NCBI GenBank assembly: GCA_034780895.1
Contig: JAUZTB010000071.1
Span: forward strand, 14,313,467-14,377,466
From: Rhynchobatus australiae
Lineage: Eukaryota
Direction: 5' to 3'
DNA: 64,000 bases
Under the pieces are notes generated by a model, which was not told the DNA's origin, made no database searches, and saw only the letters and a program-made list of their open reading frames with translations. Shown here piece by piece: positions 40,902-53,069 of the stretch. Numbering within the stretch: the stretch's first letter is position 1; each line of letters opens with the position of its first letter. The translations under genes were made by a program, and so were the position numbers.

Positions 40902-41629
40902 TGCTGCCTACTGGGAGCTTGAAGGGGAAGATTTGAGCCCCAACTGGGTTGGATCTTTGGATGGAGTAATGGTCTGATAAGGAGATTGAGTGATGTCTGG
41001 GCATCAGGTAAGTTTTTAGCTGTGGGAGGTAGAATACCTGTTCCTCCTGCTCCGCAAGCAGGGATATACCTCTTCTTTTTCCTGAAACTATCCTCTCATC
41101 CCCTGAGTTGGCATGTCACCCAAAGCTTGAGACAGTAGCCAATAATCAATTTCAGCTGAACCTCAGAGACTGATATTTTAATGCTGAGATTAATCAATGT
41201 AAAATGGGTGGATTAACAATCATTCCAAATTACTTTACTGAGGCATCTCAGAGAATTTGTTAGTATTTGCAAGTTATTTTGATGCATAATTTCATAGCCC
41301 AACATCTGATGAGAAATTTAAATATATTCCTGTGATTTGCAGGATTGGACTTGTGGATAAGTGAAAGACCATGCATACTTAAATGCCTATTTACAATGTT
41401 CTGTCTGAGACTGGGTCACAGCCAAACAGTTCCTGCCTGCTTGGAACACTATCGTGTGGAAAATTCAACTGGTGCCTGGAAATGGAGGACAAATTCCCAA
41501 TAGAGTAAAGGTACGGGGAAGGCAGACTATGTACTTTCCACATATTTATTCTCATGTTTCCTTACAAGGAGTCTAACGCAACTCTCAGAGAAATCCCAGC
41601 ATTCCCATTCCCACACTTATTTTCTCCCT

Positions 41630-41835
41630 AACCAAAGCAACTGGATGAAATCCTTGCTGTCACAGGGAGAATGTACAAATTCCACATAGAAAGTACCAGA
41701 GGTCAGGAGTAAATGCAGATCACTGGGGTTGTGAGGCAGGAGGATCACCTGCTGTGTCACTGTGTTATCCTACCAACCAGCACGTCCTTGTGATGTGGGA
41801 GAAAACCAGAGACCCGGGGAAATCCCATGTGGTCA
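41630..41835 (-). mobile_element. V-SINE (HE1-like) fragments
   Basis: cacagggagaatgtacaaattccaca..gtgaggcag..tgtgtcactgtg and tgtgggagaaaaccagagacccggggaaatcccat, the reverse complement of the V-domain and tRNA head. Confidence 0.7.
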
Positions 41836-42239
41836 CTAAGATTAGAAGGCAATTATCTGAGAGGCAATCATAAGCTTTATGCAAATTAGAGTTAGCCCTA
41901 CATTGGGTTTATAATCAGTGAAGCGAGGGTCCTGATTCTAAATTTACACTGCCATTTTTGCAAAAATGCAAAGGTAAAAATGCACCTATGAAACAAGGAA
42001 CTCTTTGCTTTGTTCACAGCTTTGAAGCACAGTGGTCCTATAGCGATCATTTTCCAATTACACTGCAGATGGAATTTACTAATACACAAGGAAGAAACAT
42101 ATAATGCTCTGCTGCTTATGATCTGTTCTGCAAAACATCAAAGAGTGTTGAAATAAACTGGAATGGCAAAGGCTAAGAGTTTTAAAAAATGTATGCACCA
42201 ATAGATTTTCCAAATAGATGCACCAAATGCAAAAAGATT

Positions 42240-42560
42240 TTCATTAGTAGTTATTCACAGCCCTTCCAGGCTGTTTTGACGTGTTTTGTGGTCNNNNNNN
42301 NNNNNNNNNACTGCAGTTAGCTTGCTGCAATATAAGAAATGTATCAGTCAATTTATGCACAGCAAACCCCCACAAACAGAAGTATAATAAATAATCTGTT
42401 TTAACGATGTTGACTGGGGGATAACCATCAACCAGGAATAAAGATAACTTCCCTGCCCTTCTTTGGTATAATATCTTGTCATCCATTACACCCAACTGTA
42501 TGAAAACCTTTAACATCTGGTTTAATGAATCATGCCAAGGATGGCACCTCTATCTGTGCA
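42240..42560 (-). mobile_element. Deu-domain SINE
   Basis: caatttatgcacagcaaacccccacaaacag..ataatctgtttt..ggatggcacctc. Confidence 0.65.
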
Positions 42561-43849
42561 GCATCTATACTGCAAAAAGGATGAATACTGAGTGTCATAT
42601 GTTTCGTGGCACAGTTACATGGCAATATATTGACACTGAGGGGACAGTTCTGGCAGTGGAAACTCCGGAACGGTAAGTTAATATTTCTATTTCACTCACG
42701 TTCAATCGACAAGGCTTCTCCAAGAAAACCCATTTACTTAGCACCAATTATTTTCTAGATCTGGGTAGCCGGAGTGTTCTGAATGTCTGTCTATGTGAGT
42801 TAGACTTAAACTGCCGAAACACATTTAACCTGTGGATCAAAACACCCTTAGATAGAGGAGCCTTTCAGAACCTCCTGTCTGGACTGAACTTCAGCCTCAG
42901 AGGTAAAATAGCAGTGCTGTTTCTCGCCCACTCTGCCACATTGTACCCCCTGCTATGTGCAACCTTATTAATCAGATTAATTAGTCCAAAACAAAGACCT
43001 TGCTTTCTCCCACATTGCAATGAGCTACCCTTATTATACCACAGCTGAACAGGATATGTTACAATAACAGAGCTATAAGATTAGCTGCAAGACAGATCTA
43101 GTAATTAGATCACCTGGGAATCAATATTAACAGTCAGGTTGGCTTTGGTGGTGTTGAAAATGTTTTCTACCACTCATTGAAATTTGAATTGGAATTTTAA
43201 TTTTGTCTTGTGTGTGCAATTGTCTGTTGCTCTTGGTGGATAACACGAGATGAGGTTAATGACATGTTAAAAAAAATCCTATGAATGCTGTACTTATATT
43301 TGTATTCTGGTAGAGATGGTGACGTTTCATAAGAACATCTCCAACATTTTGCTTCTATATGACTTTTTCCTAAAACAATCGCTGGCTCAATATCGATTTG
43401 TATCCATTTACCCTTCCAATGGGAACTCTTTTTGTGCAGTAAAGACATAGCAGTAGAAATTTGTCTTTGTTGGCATGCAATATGGTGGTGAATGCACACT
43501 GTACTCTGCTTCTGAAATTCTATTGGATTCAACAGAACAGAATTCCCGGAGTGGTGGACAACACACAAATGTAACCTGGACACATGTTTAGTGCAAGTGA
43601 TTGGGGACGAATACCTCTCCTGTCATATGAATGACTATCAAATAGTTTAGTGAGTAAAGACCATGCTGTCCTTACTGGAAGCTGATTTCTAATTTAGCCC
43701 CAAAGGCATTTAAATCAGAGAAGGATATTGCTATAATCTTGAATCTACNNNNNNNNNNNNNNNNNNNNNNNNNNNNNNNNNNNNNNNNNNNNNNNNNNNN
43801 NNNNNNNNNNNNNNNNNNNNNNNNNNNNNNNNNNNNNNNNNNNNNNNNA

Positions 43850-44945
43850 GCCTGATGCAAGTGGTGGAGGATATTCTGAGAAACAGGATCTATCTGTATC
43901 TGGAAAGACGAGGACTGATTAGGGACAGTCAGCATGGCTTTGTGTGTGGGAAATCATAACTCATTTGATTTTTTTTTGAAGAGGTGATCAGGAGTTTGAA
44001 GAGGAAAGGCTGATAAGAACCATAGAGCAATACAGCACAATACAGGCCCCTTGGCCCACCAGGTTGTACACACCTCACACCATCTAACCCTGTCCTCCCA
44101 CAGTGGCTATGTGGACTTTAGCAAGGTCCCAAATGGGAGGCTGGTCGTGGCATCCAGGGTGAGCTAACCAAATGCATACAAGATTGGCTTGGTGGAAGGA
44201 GTCAGCTGGTGGTTATTCAGACCAGTGGAGTACCACAGGGATCGGTGCTCCACTGTTGTTTCTCATCCGTACTATTTGGATGAGAATGTAGTTGGCATAG
44301 TTAGTAAATCTTAGCATTATCTAAGATTTCAGCGGGAGATTGGGCCAGGGAATGGCAGGTGGAATTTAATTTGACAGGTGTGAGGTATTGCATTTTGGTA
44401 AGTTAAACTAGGGAACACAGCCCAGGAAAGTGTTGCAGAAAACAGAGACGTAGTTCCCTGAACATGGTGCCAGGGCAGTGAAGGTGTATGGCACGCTTGT
44501 CTTTGTCAGTCTGGGCATCGAGTACACGAGTTGGGACATCACGTTACAACTGTACAAGACATTGGTGAGACCACACTTGTGTGCAGTTCTCATTGTCAAG
44601 CTACAGGGAGAATGCCGTAAACTGGAAAGGGTGCAGAAAAGATTTACAGGGATATTGCTGGGACTGGAGGGTTTGAGTTGCCAGGAGATGCTCGATAGGC
44701 TGAGATTGTGTTCCTGAGGGGTGACCTTGCAGTGGTGTAAATAAGGTGGATGGTCACAGTCTTTTTCCCAGGGTTGGGGAGTCTAACTAGAGGGCAAAGG
44801 TGAGGGGGGGAAAGATTTAAAGGGGACCTGAAGAGCAAGGTTTTCCACAGAGGGTAATGTGGAACAGGCTGTAAAGTGGAACTGAGGCCAATCAGACATT
44901 GAATGGTAGGTCATGTGTTAACTCCTACTCCTATTGCTCATGTTG
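43850..44945 (+). mobile_element. CR1-clade LINE, decayed reverse transcriptase and 3' region
   Basis: EDILRNRIYLYLERRGLIRDSQHGFVCGKS, YVDFSK, SGVPQGSVL, LQLYKTLVRPHL..LERVQKRFT. Many stops and deletions; a small inverted CR1 tail is nested at about 44015-44100. Confidence 0.9.
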
Positions 44946-45959
44946 TTCTGGTGTAACTATTCCCCAACGTCAGCAGGATTTATAGGGTAGCTCTATCAAA
45001 GAGTTTAAAAAGGCACAATGGGTCAAATGCTCTCCTCACACAATGCAAGATCCGATTATTTAATTTGCCTTATGAAGGCTTAAGGAATACAAACTTGACC
45101 TTTGGCTGTCAGTTAATTATACATTTTCCTTGGTTTGCCACCATGTTGGTAAGAGAGGTCATGAGGGTGGAAAATAAAAAGATTATGCAATAGACGGCTT
45201 CCCTTAAATTGGAATTGGGCCAGATAATTGAGGCAAAATGAATTTTACCCTGAATCTAATTTATGCTCTGTGCAGCTTGAATATGCTCAATAAAATGACA
45301 AATAGGTTACAGTTTAATGCAATGCCATGTGGAGAGAATGTTATAAAGAACTAGCAGGGCGCATTGGGATGAATGACCTCCATTGGCACGATGACCCTGA
45401 GTGGTTATAAATTGATTGTGCACTGTTCAATTCCTTTGTCTTTCATTTTAATGATAAATGCTTGTCTGGAAATTGGATTCATGGGCAGCCATTTCTCATA
45501 CACAAATCAAGTATCAACATGATTTAACAGGTTAGATCCTGTATGCAGTTATTTCCAGGTGAAGTTGTGCCCATTGCCAAATTGGACTTGGCACTTCCAG
45601 GTGTTATACATGCGGTTTCCAGCATCAGACATGCACAGTGTGACCAGAAAAAAATTGCACTACTTTGTTTCTCTTTCAGTGATTAAAGGAACACTGCTGA
45701 CTTGGGGGGACTTGACCAGACAGCTTTAGAGAATCTCTCTGAACACATTCCACAATCGTTAAAGACATTCCACAATGTGACCGACAGTGAACATTTTTGA
45801 GCATCCAGCTGCTGAGGTACCATTCAATTGAGCCTCAGTGGTGACACAGCTGTCCCTCACTGGAGGTGTGGTTATGGCCAAGACTATTTGCTCAAGGTGA
45901 ATCAAGCACCTCAGGTCAGGAGGCAAAGACATGCCATCAATGAAGAGCTTACTCCCATC

Positions 45960-46625
45960 TCCCATAGTCACCACATCCGACCTGGATCTCAATGATGAAC
46001 AATTTAATCACAAGGTCAGGTTTTCCAAGGCTATCTTCACTGAGATACGTAAGTGTTGCAGTAAGGTCCGCCTGCCAGACTTCATGCCTGGATTGCCCCG
46101 ATACAGGTCAATGTCACATTGACCCTCAACTTCCTCAGTGCAGGGTCTTTCCAGTTGGCCACAGCATAGCTTTGCTGGCTCCCACAAGTGCAGGTAGCCA
46201 CTGTCTGCACTCTCGTGTCCCTAAGGGCTCCCATTAATAACCTGCAGCTTTTCATCAACAGAAAAGAGTTCCATTCCCTAAATGGTTCTGGATCATTGGA
46301 ATAGTTTCCTTGTAGAGAATGTTGCATTATTTGGTAGTACACATGATACATTCATCTCCAGGGAGACTGAACCACCAGACATTTTCTGTGGCTAACACTA
46401 CCTGGAGAGATTGATCCTGGGGGACAACGGTATCCCAAACTTCACTGTCTCCTGATACTTTTTTGCAGTCTGACCATACCTTCTTTGAGCACCACCACAA
46501 TGAGAGTCATGCAAGCACCAGAATCGTTGGACGTGCCATTGATATTCTGAAAATCAGATTCTGGTGCCCAGTTCCCAGTGGGCAGACAGAATTCATCACA
46601 GTGTGCATTGCGCTCCCCAAGCCAG
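45960..46625 (+). pseudogene. Decayed PIF/Harbinger (DDE_Tnp_4, HARBI1-like) transposase
   Basis: Frameshifted collinear motifs: DLNDEQFNHKVRFSKAIFTEI; VTLTLNFLSAGSFQLATA*LC; VQVATVCTLVSLRAP..FINRKEFHSLN; GSTHDTFI; LILGDNG; HNESHASTRIVGRAIDILKIRFWC. These match the Harbinger pattern LxFxAxGSFQ / GAIDCTH / NRKGFHSLN / PGSxHD / LLGDxGY / YNxxHxxTRxxIExxxGxLKxRFRC. Confidence 0.85.
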
Positions 46626-47334
46626 GCAGTGGGTGGGCAGAGCACCTGCTGGAGAAAAGGTAGCCTCCAGACCCATTGTCAGAGTAGCACAAGGCACAGG
46701 CAGAGGAGATGCAAGAGACTGAAGAAGGCGCCCAGAGGAGAACCCAGCAGAACAGCAATAGCCTCATTTTCCAGTAGAGCGTGGAGGAGGAACCACTTGC
46801 ATGAACAATATGGGCCTCACAGACAGAGAAAGTTTTCATACAGGGCATGCAAAGTCATAACGCAAAGAGTCCCATTCCTCACTCCAATCCTTGATACCAA
46901 CATAGTACACCAATAATCAACTGAGAAGCCCAGGAGACATGCAATCATTTCTTACTTTCTCCTTTGCAGATCCATCGTCACTGATCAAAGCACATTGATG
47001 GTTGAATCTCAGATCCATATGCTGATTGGCTCTCCACAACTATTTTCAGTGGTGTCTAGCTCACCCTGACAAACCTTGTAAGATCATAAGGTTTATTTTA
47101 TTGATTGCTCAAACAAGTGAGAATTCTCACACTTGGAGGAGACAACTCCTGCTAGACCTTTCTTAGGTTTACCCGATAAGATAATTACTGACAAAGGTCT
47201 TCCGTCTGAAGCAATGATGACCTGAGAGAAATGCTACCTGACCTGCTGTCTTTAACTGCAAATTTCCAGTATCTGCAGGTTTTTTTTCTATACTTAACTC
47301 ATCGATAAGAATGTCCAAGTCTCTCTCAATATAT

Positions 47335-47772
47335 CCACAGTTAGCAGTTAGGACGGCAAATGTATGTTGGTTTTCAATGGAAGGGAATTTGAGTAAAAGA
47401 GTAAAGACTTCTTACTTAAATTATATATGGCCCTGGTGGGACCACATCTGGAATACTTTGTACAGGTCTGGTCTCCCTAACGAAGGAAGGATATACGTGC
47501 AATAAAGGGAATGCAAAAAAACCATCAGTAAATCGATTCTTAGGATGGGGGTGGAAATGTTCTACAAAAAGAGATTAGGAAGACTGGGACTTTACTCCCT
47601 GCAGTTTAGAAGAGTGAGGGTGACCTCAATGAAATGTACAAAACTCATACAGGGTATGACAGGGTAAACATAAGGACAATGTTTCCCTTAGCTGAATGCC
47701 AAGAACCACGGTTCAGAGTGGAATAAAAGGTTGGGCATTCACAGATGAGTTGAGAAGGAATTCTGTCACTTA
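47335..47772 (+). mobile_element. CR1 LINE 3' part (left half, interrupted)
   Basis: CR1 ORF2 C-terminal remnants (ccctggtgggaccacatctggaatact..tggtctcc). Continues at 48544 after a nested insertion. Confidence 0.8.
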
Positions 47773-47774
47773 GA

Positions 47775-48543
47775 CTGTATTGGTATTGACACATGTATTG
47801 AGACACAGTGAAAAGCTTTTGTTTTGTGAGCCATCCAGACAGATCAAGCCATACATAAGTACATCAAGGTATTAAAAAGAAAACAGAATGCAGAATATAG
47901 TATTGCAGTTACAGAGAAAATGCAGTGCAGGTAGACAAATAAAGTGCAAGGGTCACAACAAGGTAGGCTGGGAGATCAAGAATTCAAAAGTTCATCTTTT
48001 AGCCTATGAGAGGTCCATTCAAGAGTCTGAAGACAGTGGGATAGAAGCTGTCCTTGAGACTGGTGGTTCATGCTCTCAGGGTTTTGTATCTTCTGCCTGA
48101 TGGGAGAGCAGAGAAGAAGGAATGACTGTGGTGGGAGGGGTCCTTAATTATGTTAGTTCCTGTCCCAAGGCAGTGGGAAATGTAGCTGGAATCAATGGAC
48201 TGGAGGTTGGTTTACATGATGGACTGGGCTGCATTCACAACTCTCTGCAATTTCTTGCTGTCTTGGGCAGAGCAATTACCATACCAAGCTGTGGTGCATC
48301 TGGATAAGANNNNNNNNNNNNNNNNNNNNNNNNNNNNNNNNNNNNNNNNNNNNNNNNNNNNNNNNNNNNNNNNNNNNNNNNNNNNNNNNNNNNNNNNNNN
48401 NNNNNNNNNATTACCATACCAAGCTGTGGTGCATCTGGATAAGAAGCTTTCTACAGTGCATCTATAAAAATTGGTGAGGGTCATTGGGGACATGCTGAAT
48501 TTCCTCAGCCACCTGAGGAAGTAGAAGTGTTGATGTTCTTTAC
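47775..48543 (-). mobile_element. Rex1/Babar-type LINE 3' fragment nested in a CR1
   Basis: MSPMTLTNFYRCTVESFLSRCTTAWYGNCSAQDSKKLQRVVNAAQSI is the typical Rex1/Babar ORF C-terminus. Same family as 63494-64000. Confidence 0.8.
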
Positions 48544-48712
48544 TAGTGAATCTTTGGAATTCTTGCCCAAGAGGTGCATGAGAGGCTCATCTGATGATTA
48601 TATTCATGACAGAGATTGATAGATTTTTGATTATGAAGGGAATCAAGAGATACGCGGTTAGTTCAGAAAAGCAACACGAAGGTGAAAGATCAGCCATGAT
48701 TGTACTGGGTTG
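48544..48712 (+). mobile_element. CR1 LINE 3' end (right half)
   Basis: gtgaatctttggaattct..gagattgatagatttttg..gatcagccatgat resumes the CR1 sequence interrupted at 47772. Confidence 0.8.
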
Positions 48713-49112
48713 ATAACCACTTTAAATTGGATGCGCCCAACTGAGTACATGTTTTTATGTTTAAATCACCATAATGCTGCTTTGGACATGTTTCTCTCCA
48801 ACTATATGTTTTTTTTTTGCTGGTGATCTGAATGGACGTTAGTACCAAACACAGCTCTGGTTCAGCAAAAGCAAAAAAGGATGAAATCCAATTTCTAAGC
48901 AACTAGTCCTTAAATTAATTCATTTTTCTGCTAAAAGAATTTCATACAAAGACATGAAAACAATTGCATGACNNNNNNNNNNNNNNNGATATATTATAAG
49001 CTTAAAATGCCACTCAAAAATAAATCCCTTGAAAACACATGCTTTATAAATCATTTTGACAAAGGTTTAATGATAATAAATGAGTATTTAACATAGTGTT
49101 TTACTGACTTGG

Positions 49113-49118
49113 TTTATT
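49113..49118 (-). terminator. Candidate polyadenylation signal AATAAA for MEOX1 (3' UTR about 0.45 kb)
   Basis: tttatt on the plus strand, about 440 nt past the stop codon, followed on the minus strand by U/GU-rich sequence. Not necessarily the site used. Confidence 0.45.
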
Positions 49119-49558
49119 TTACATATGCCTAATATATGGTGGAAAAATTGCTACTACAGAACTATCCACTTCCATTTCTTGGTTTTATCTCCGTACGTCT
49201 TTATGCTGTTAATTTAATGTGGTTTGACCCAATGTTTTTTCTTATTATGTATGCAACAAACCTGCAAGCTAAGTTTTCTTAAAAAAAAAGCAAAATAAAT
49301 GACAGTTTGTTGAAATGATTAATGAAACCATAGATTTCAAATCAGATTCTTTGCTATAATACAGAAACAAAATGTTCATGGTCGAGAATTGGGGATCACT
49401 GAACTTTGGTTTCAAAGCTGAATGAGCCTAAGCTGACGTTCCAAGATGTTCAAAGTTTCCTTTGAGGTTGGTCAAGTTGACACCTGATATTAAATAGGTG
49501 ATATCATCCAACTTAAGCGCACTTTAGAGTCCAAATCTGATGGATATGGCCAATGGAT

Positions 49559-49753
49559 TTATCTAATACTGTCCTGCATTGTTTCCTTACTGTCCACTAA
49601 GCCCTCCAATTGGCTCTTTCCATCTATATTCCTGAGATTTGCATCAGGAGTCACGCAGTCCACATCGTCTGGTTCTTGACTCTGTGGTGAAATTGGTTGT
49701 CCACCTTTGACACGCTTCCACTTCATTCTTCTATTCTGGAACCAGACCTTTAC
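49559..49753 (-). CDS. MEOX1: MEOX terminal coding exon 3 (homeodomain helix 3 plus C-terminal tail, 64 aa plus TAA)
   Basis: Acceptor tcttttttctgtag|GTAAAG. Translates VKVWFQNRRMKWKRVKGGQPISPQSQEPDDVDCVTPDANLRNIDGKSQLEGLVDSKETMQDSIR*, joining exon 2 in frame (ERQ|VKVWFQNRR). GGQPISP is the MEOX1-type motif. Not listed in the ORF track. Confidence 0.93.
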   Translation of the reverse strand, partial: VKVWFQNRRMKWKRVKGGQPISPQSQEPDDVDCVTPDANLRNIDGKSQLEGLVDSKETMQDSIR

Positions 49754-52700
49754 CTACAGAAAAAAGAATCAGAAATTATAGCTGCTCCTGTTGCTTCCCA
49801 CATCATTCCCCCGCCCCCTTACATACCATCCCAATCCCCAATAAATCACAGCTCATCAAAATTCCCCTCAGCCAAAATGTTACCAGCCACTGTGATAATC
49901 ACTCCATAATAGGGTGACTTACAAGCTGAACCATCAGAAAGTAACTTACCAGAACAAAACTTTCTGAACTTCTATGATCGTGGAGAAATTGAGATTTCAT
50001 CAGGATCCCTGCTCTCAAACTTTCTTGCTTTCATTTCTATTTTCTTGCACTATCTTTTAACTTCCTTCTTGAAGACACAGACTTGTCACAGGGCTACAGG
50101 TCTGCAAGTGCTGGTCATGTTGGTAATTATTCATATATGATTAGAAGATCCTGAGGGCAGGGATCTGGATTGGAAATATTGTCTGATTTCTCCCTCTGCC
50201 CCACTCCAACATATCCAATTGCTAATTTAAGTGCTATCACAAGAGCCATATTGTCTTCCAAGCACCAGTTAATGCTGCAATAATTGAATCTGACAAATTC
50301 CAAAGCTTAAGGACCTCTGTTCCAGTCAGTACAAAGGAATAGCAAGGACAGGAATGAAATGTGGGCTCCATCATCATGATTGTTTTTATCTTTTTATTGA
50401 TGGTTTACTTCTTTATTGTTGTTATTCTTTAACAAGTGTGGGGGTAGGTTGAGACTGGTGGGGGGAGCAGGAGAGCTCTCTTACCTTGTGAGCTTGTGGC
50501 AGTGTTTCAGTGCCTTGTTTAGAGAAGGCAGTCGATGGAAACGTATAAACGCAGAAACCCATAAGTGTTAGCAAATACTACAGTTGTGTTGCATTGTGCT
50601 TTGGCGTGTGAATACAGTAACAGTGTGCACTGCATTCCAAACTAATGACAGAGTGGCAGAATTTTTTTACTTATTGCTTCATATTTTGAAAACCAAAGCA
50701 ACACCAGCTCTCTGGTTGAGACATCATTTCTTAATTATGGGGATGCACCATATCAAACAGATGAACTGCCCTCAAATTATGGTTTCAAATTAATTTGGAA
50801 TTTAATGGGTTAATTCTTACGTCCGTGACTACATAGGGACTACATACCACTGGAACAACAAATGCCATAACCAGCAGCTAGAGGTTTTGTAGAGTGATTA
50901 ATCTGTAGTTTGCACAATAGTGTACTTATAAAACCAAATTCCTATTCCATGAATAACTACTTTTCCACAAAACTCTTCACTTACCAGAAATTCATAGACT
51001 TCGTATGGAAGCAATATCATTATGGCATCTCCTCCCAGCTTGATGCTGGAAATGATAGTGCAACAAAGAACTTTATGGTACCTTAAAAGCTATTGGACTG
51101 GCAAACACTAATGTCTGCAACTGAGTTAAAAATTGTAGTAGGGGCAGAGAGCAATGTGAGAGGAAAAAATAGACTCAATTAATAGGAATTTGCACCTACA
51201 GAAATAAACAGAGCCAGTGCAAACAGGAAGCTGTTCCTGTTCTCCAATTCATTCAAAAGAGGTCTGGATTGGTCCACTGTTCAGAACAAATATAAGTTAA
51301 TGTTTCTGGCGACTGGTCATGTTGTTTTCAATTTAGGAATTGCAACTCAGGTTCAAATTCCTGACTTCTTCTAAGAAGTTTCCCGTCTTCTGTTTTATTT
51401 TGTTGTTCTTACGGAATGGCAATTACCCTGAAATCTAATATGAATCTCCTTTTTTTCTCGTGTTCACAGTTGTTGCTGTGAACTTACAGGTCCACACAAT
51501 TTGGATAACATTAATTTTAAATGCCTGTGATTCACAAGGGATTCTTAAACACAGTTTTTCAAGAATTTTCCATGCGAATCTTGACATAAAAGAATAACAG
51601 GTGGTGGAAATGGCTTTGAAAATACTTTGTGAAGTGTCAAAAGAAAATTCTCTTGTGATAAATACAAAGCTCTATTTTCCTTATGATTTCTCTGAAGAGT
51701 AGCTCTCCTTTCCCTCTTTGCTCATCAGGGTAGCAACAAACCCTCTTTAAGCCAGGTCTCATAGTCAAAGAATCCATATTTTTTAAACAGAAAAAATGTG
51801 GGACTTGAGATTCACGTTTTTCCACTTCTCCAGTCCAGCTGTTGCTCACTCACACAGAGCTGTTCACCCATTCAAATGATCTAACTGCAAATCACAACCA
51901 GTATTTAAAAATAAAAGAGCTATTTCTCTTAAAATGGGCAGAAGGTTATGGCCTGTTTTAGGAGGAATCAATTGTAACCAGATGCCACTCAAATGAGGTA
52001 CAGCAGGTTTTATGTTGTTTTAGCACTTTTACTGCTGTGTATTGTTGGAGAAGTCGAATGTTTGGATGCAAACGTTTTTCACAAATGTCCTTCCTCAATA
52101 ATAACAAATGTCTCAATCACTTTATTAACTTAAATCAAAATAGCCTTACATTTCTTTTGGCATTCTGTGTGCATTTTTCTCCTATTGCTGGCATCCTGGA
52201 AACTATTGCTTGTATAGATGTGAGGGCAAGTTCTGTTGGTTACCTACTTTCTTGACCACACACTTTTCTTCAGTTTACCCTTGGTTTCAGCCTTTCTCAG
52301 GTTAGATTCAGGAAAAAGACACTTTGGTGCTGTTCCAAGGAATGTAGTTCAGCACTTCAAAAATTTCCATTGCTAATCCTCAATATGAAGCCCAAAAATA
52401 ATAACATTTGACATACCACATGATTACTGAGTTAGACTTGTACACTGTGTTGCTCAATCCCATTATGAGAGTGATATGGTAGAACATTCACCATTCTGCT
52501 CCAGGAACTGGATTTGAACTGCCTCTTCATCTGAAAAGGGACCAATCTCCCTTCACCTTTACCTACAAGAATCCTACTCAGAACTAAACCCAGGCAGTCT
52601 TGAACAAGGTCTCTTGTGGCCATGGGCTCTCACTGTGAAACATGTAATTCAGAACTAATTGGCTGTCTTAGACAGATGCTGGGGTAAAGTAAGGGAATGC

Positions 52701-53069
52701 CACACTTGTACAGTGTTCTACATCGTTGACCTTTCCTCACTTTGATTAACACAAATTTGCTCCACCACATATCACATACAGGTTCCATTGTACTATCTTG
52801 GTAAACATAGAAATCAGGCTCAAGGCCTTCTCTATGGGCGGCACAACTCTTGTCAACTTGTTTATCCCTGACATGCAGAACTCGGACATTCTCTGGCCAG
52901 AGAGAAGGCTCGTGCCCGCAGCAGCCAGCAACTGTTTCAGCAGCAGTTTGGGAAGGTGAAGATGAAGGGAAGATTTGAATATACATAAAAAAGATAGAAT
53001 AAATAAAACAAAATAAGATGCTTGTTTATTGGGTAGATAGATGAATATTCAAAGAACTAAAATATTTAC
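49754..53069 (-). other. MEOX1: MEOX1 intron 2 (GT-AG, 3316 nt)
   Basis: Canonical GT..AG ends between the two exons; phase 0 at the Q|V position typical of this homeobox class. Confidence 0.9.

Noticed and set aside
40163-41004. Cluster of overlapping ORFs up to 154 aa
   Set aside because: Low-complexity purine/pyrimidine-skewed arms of the fold-back repeat; no protein motifs.
48275-48444. Duplicated attaccataccaagctgtggtgcatctggataaga around a gap
   Set aside because: Contig-overlap artefact within one LINE fragment.
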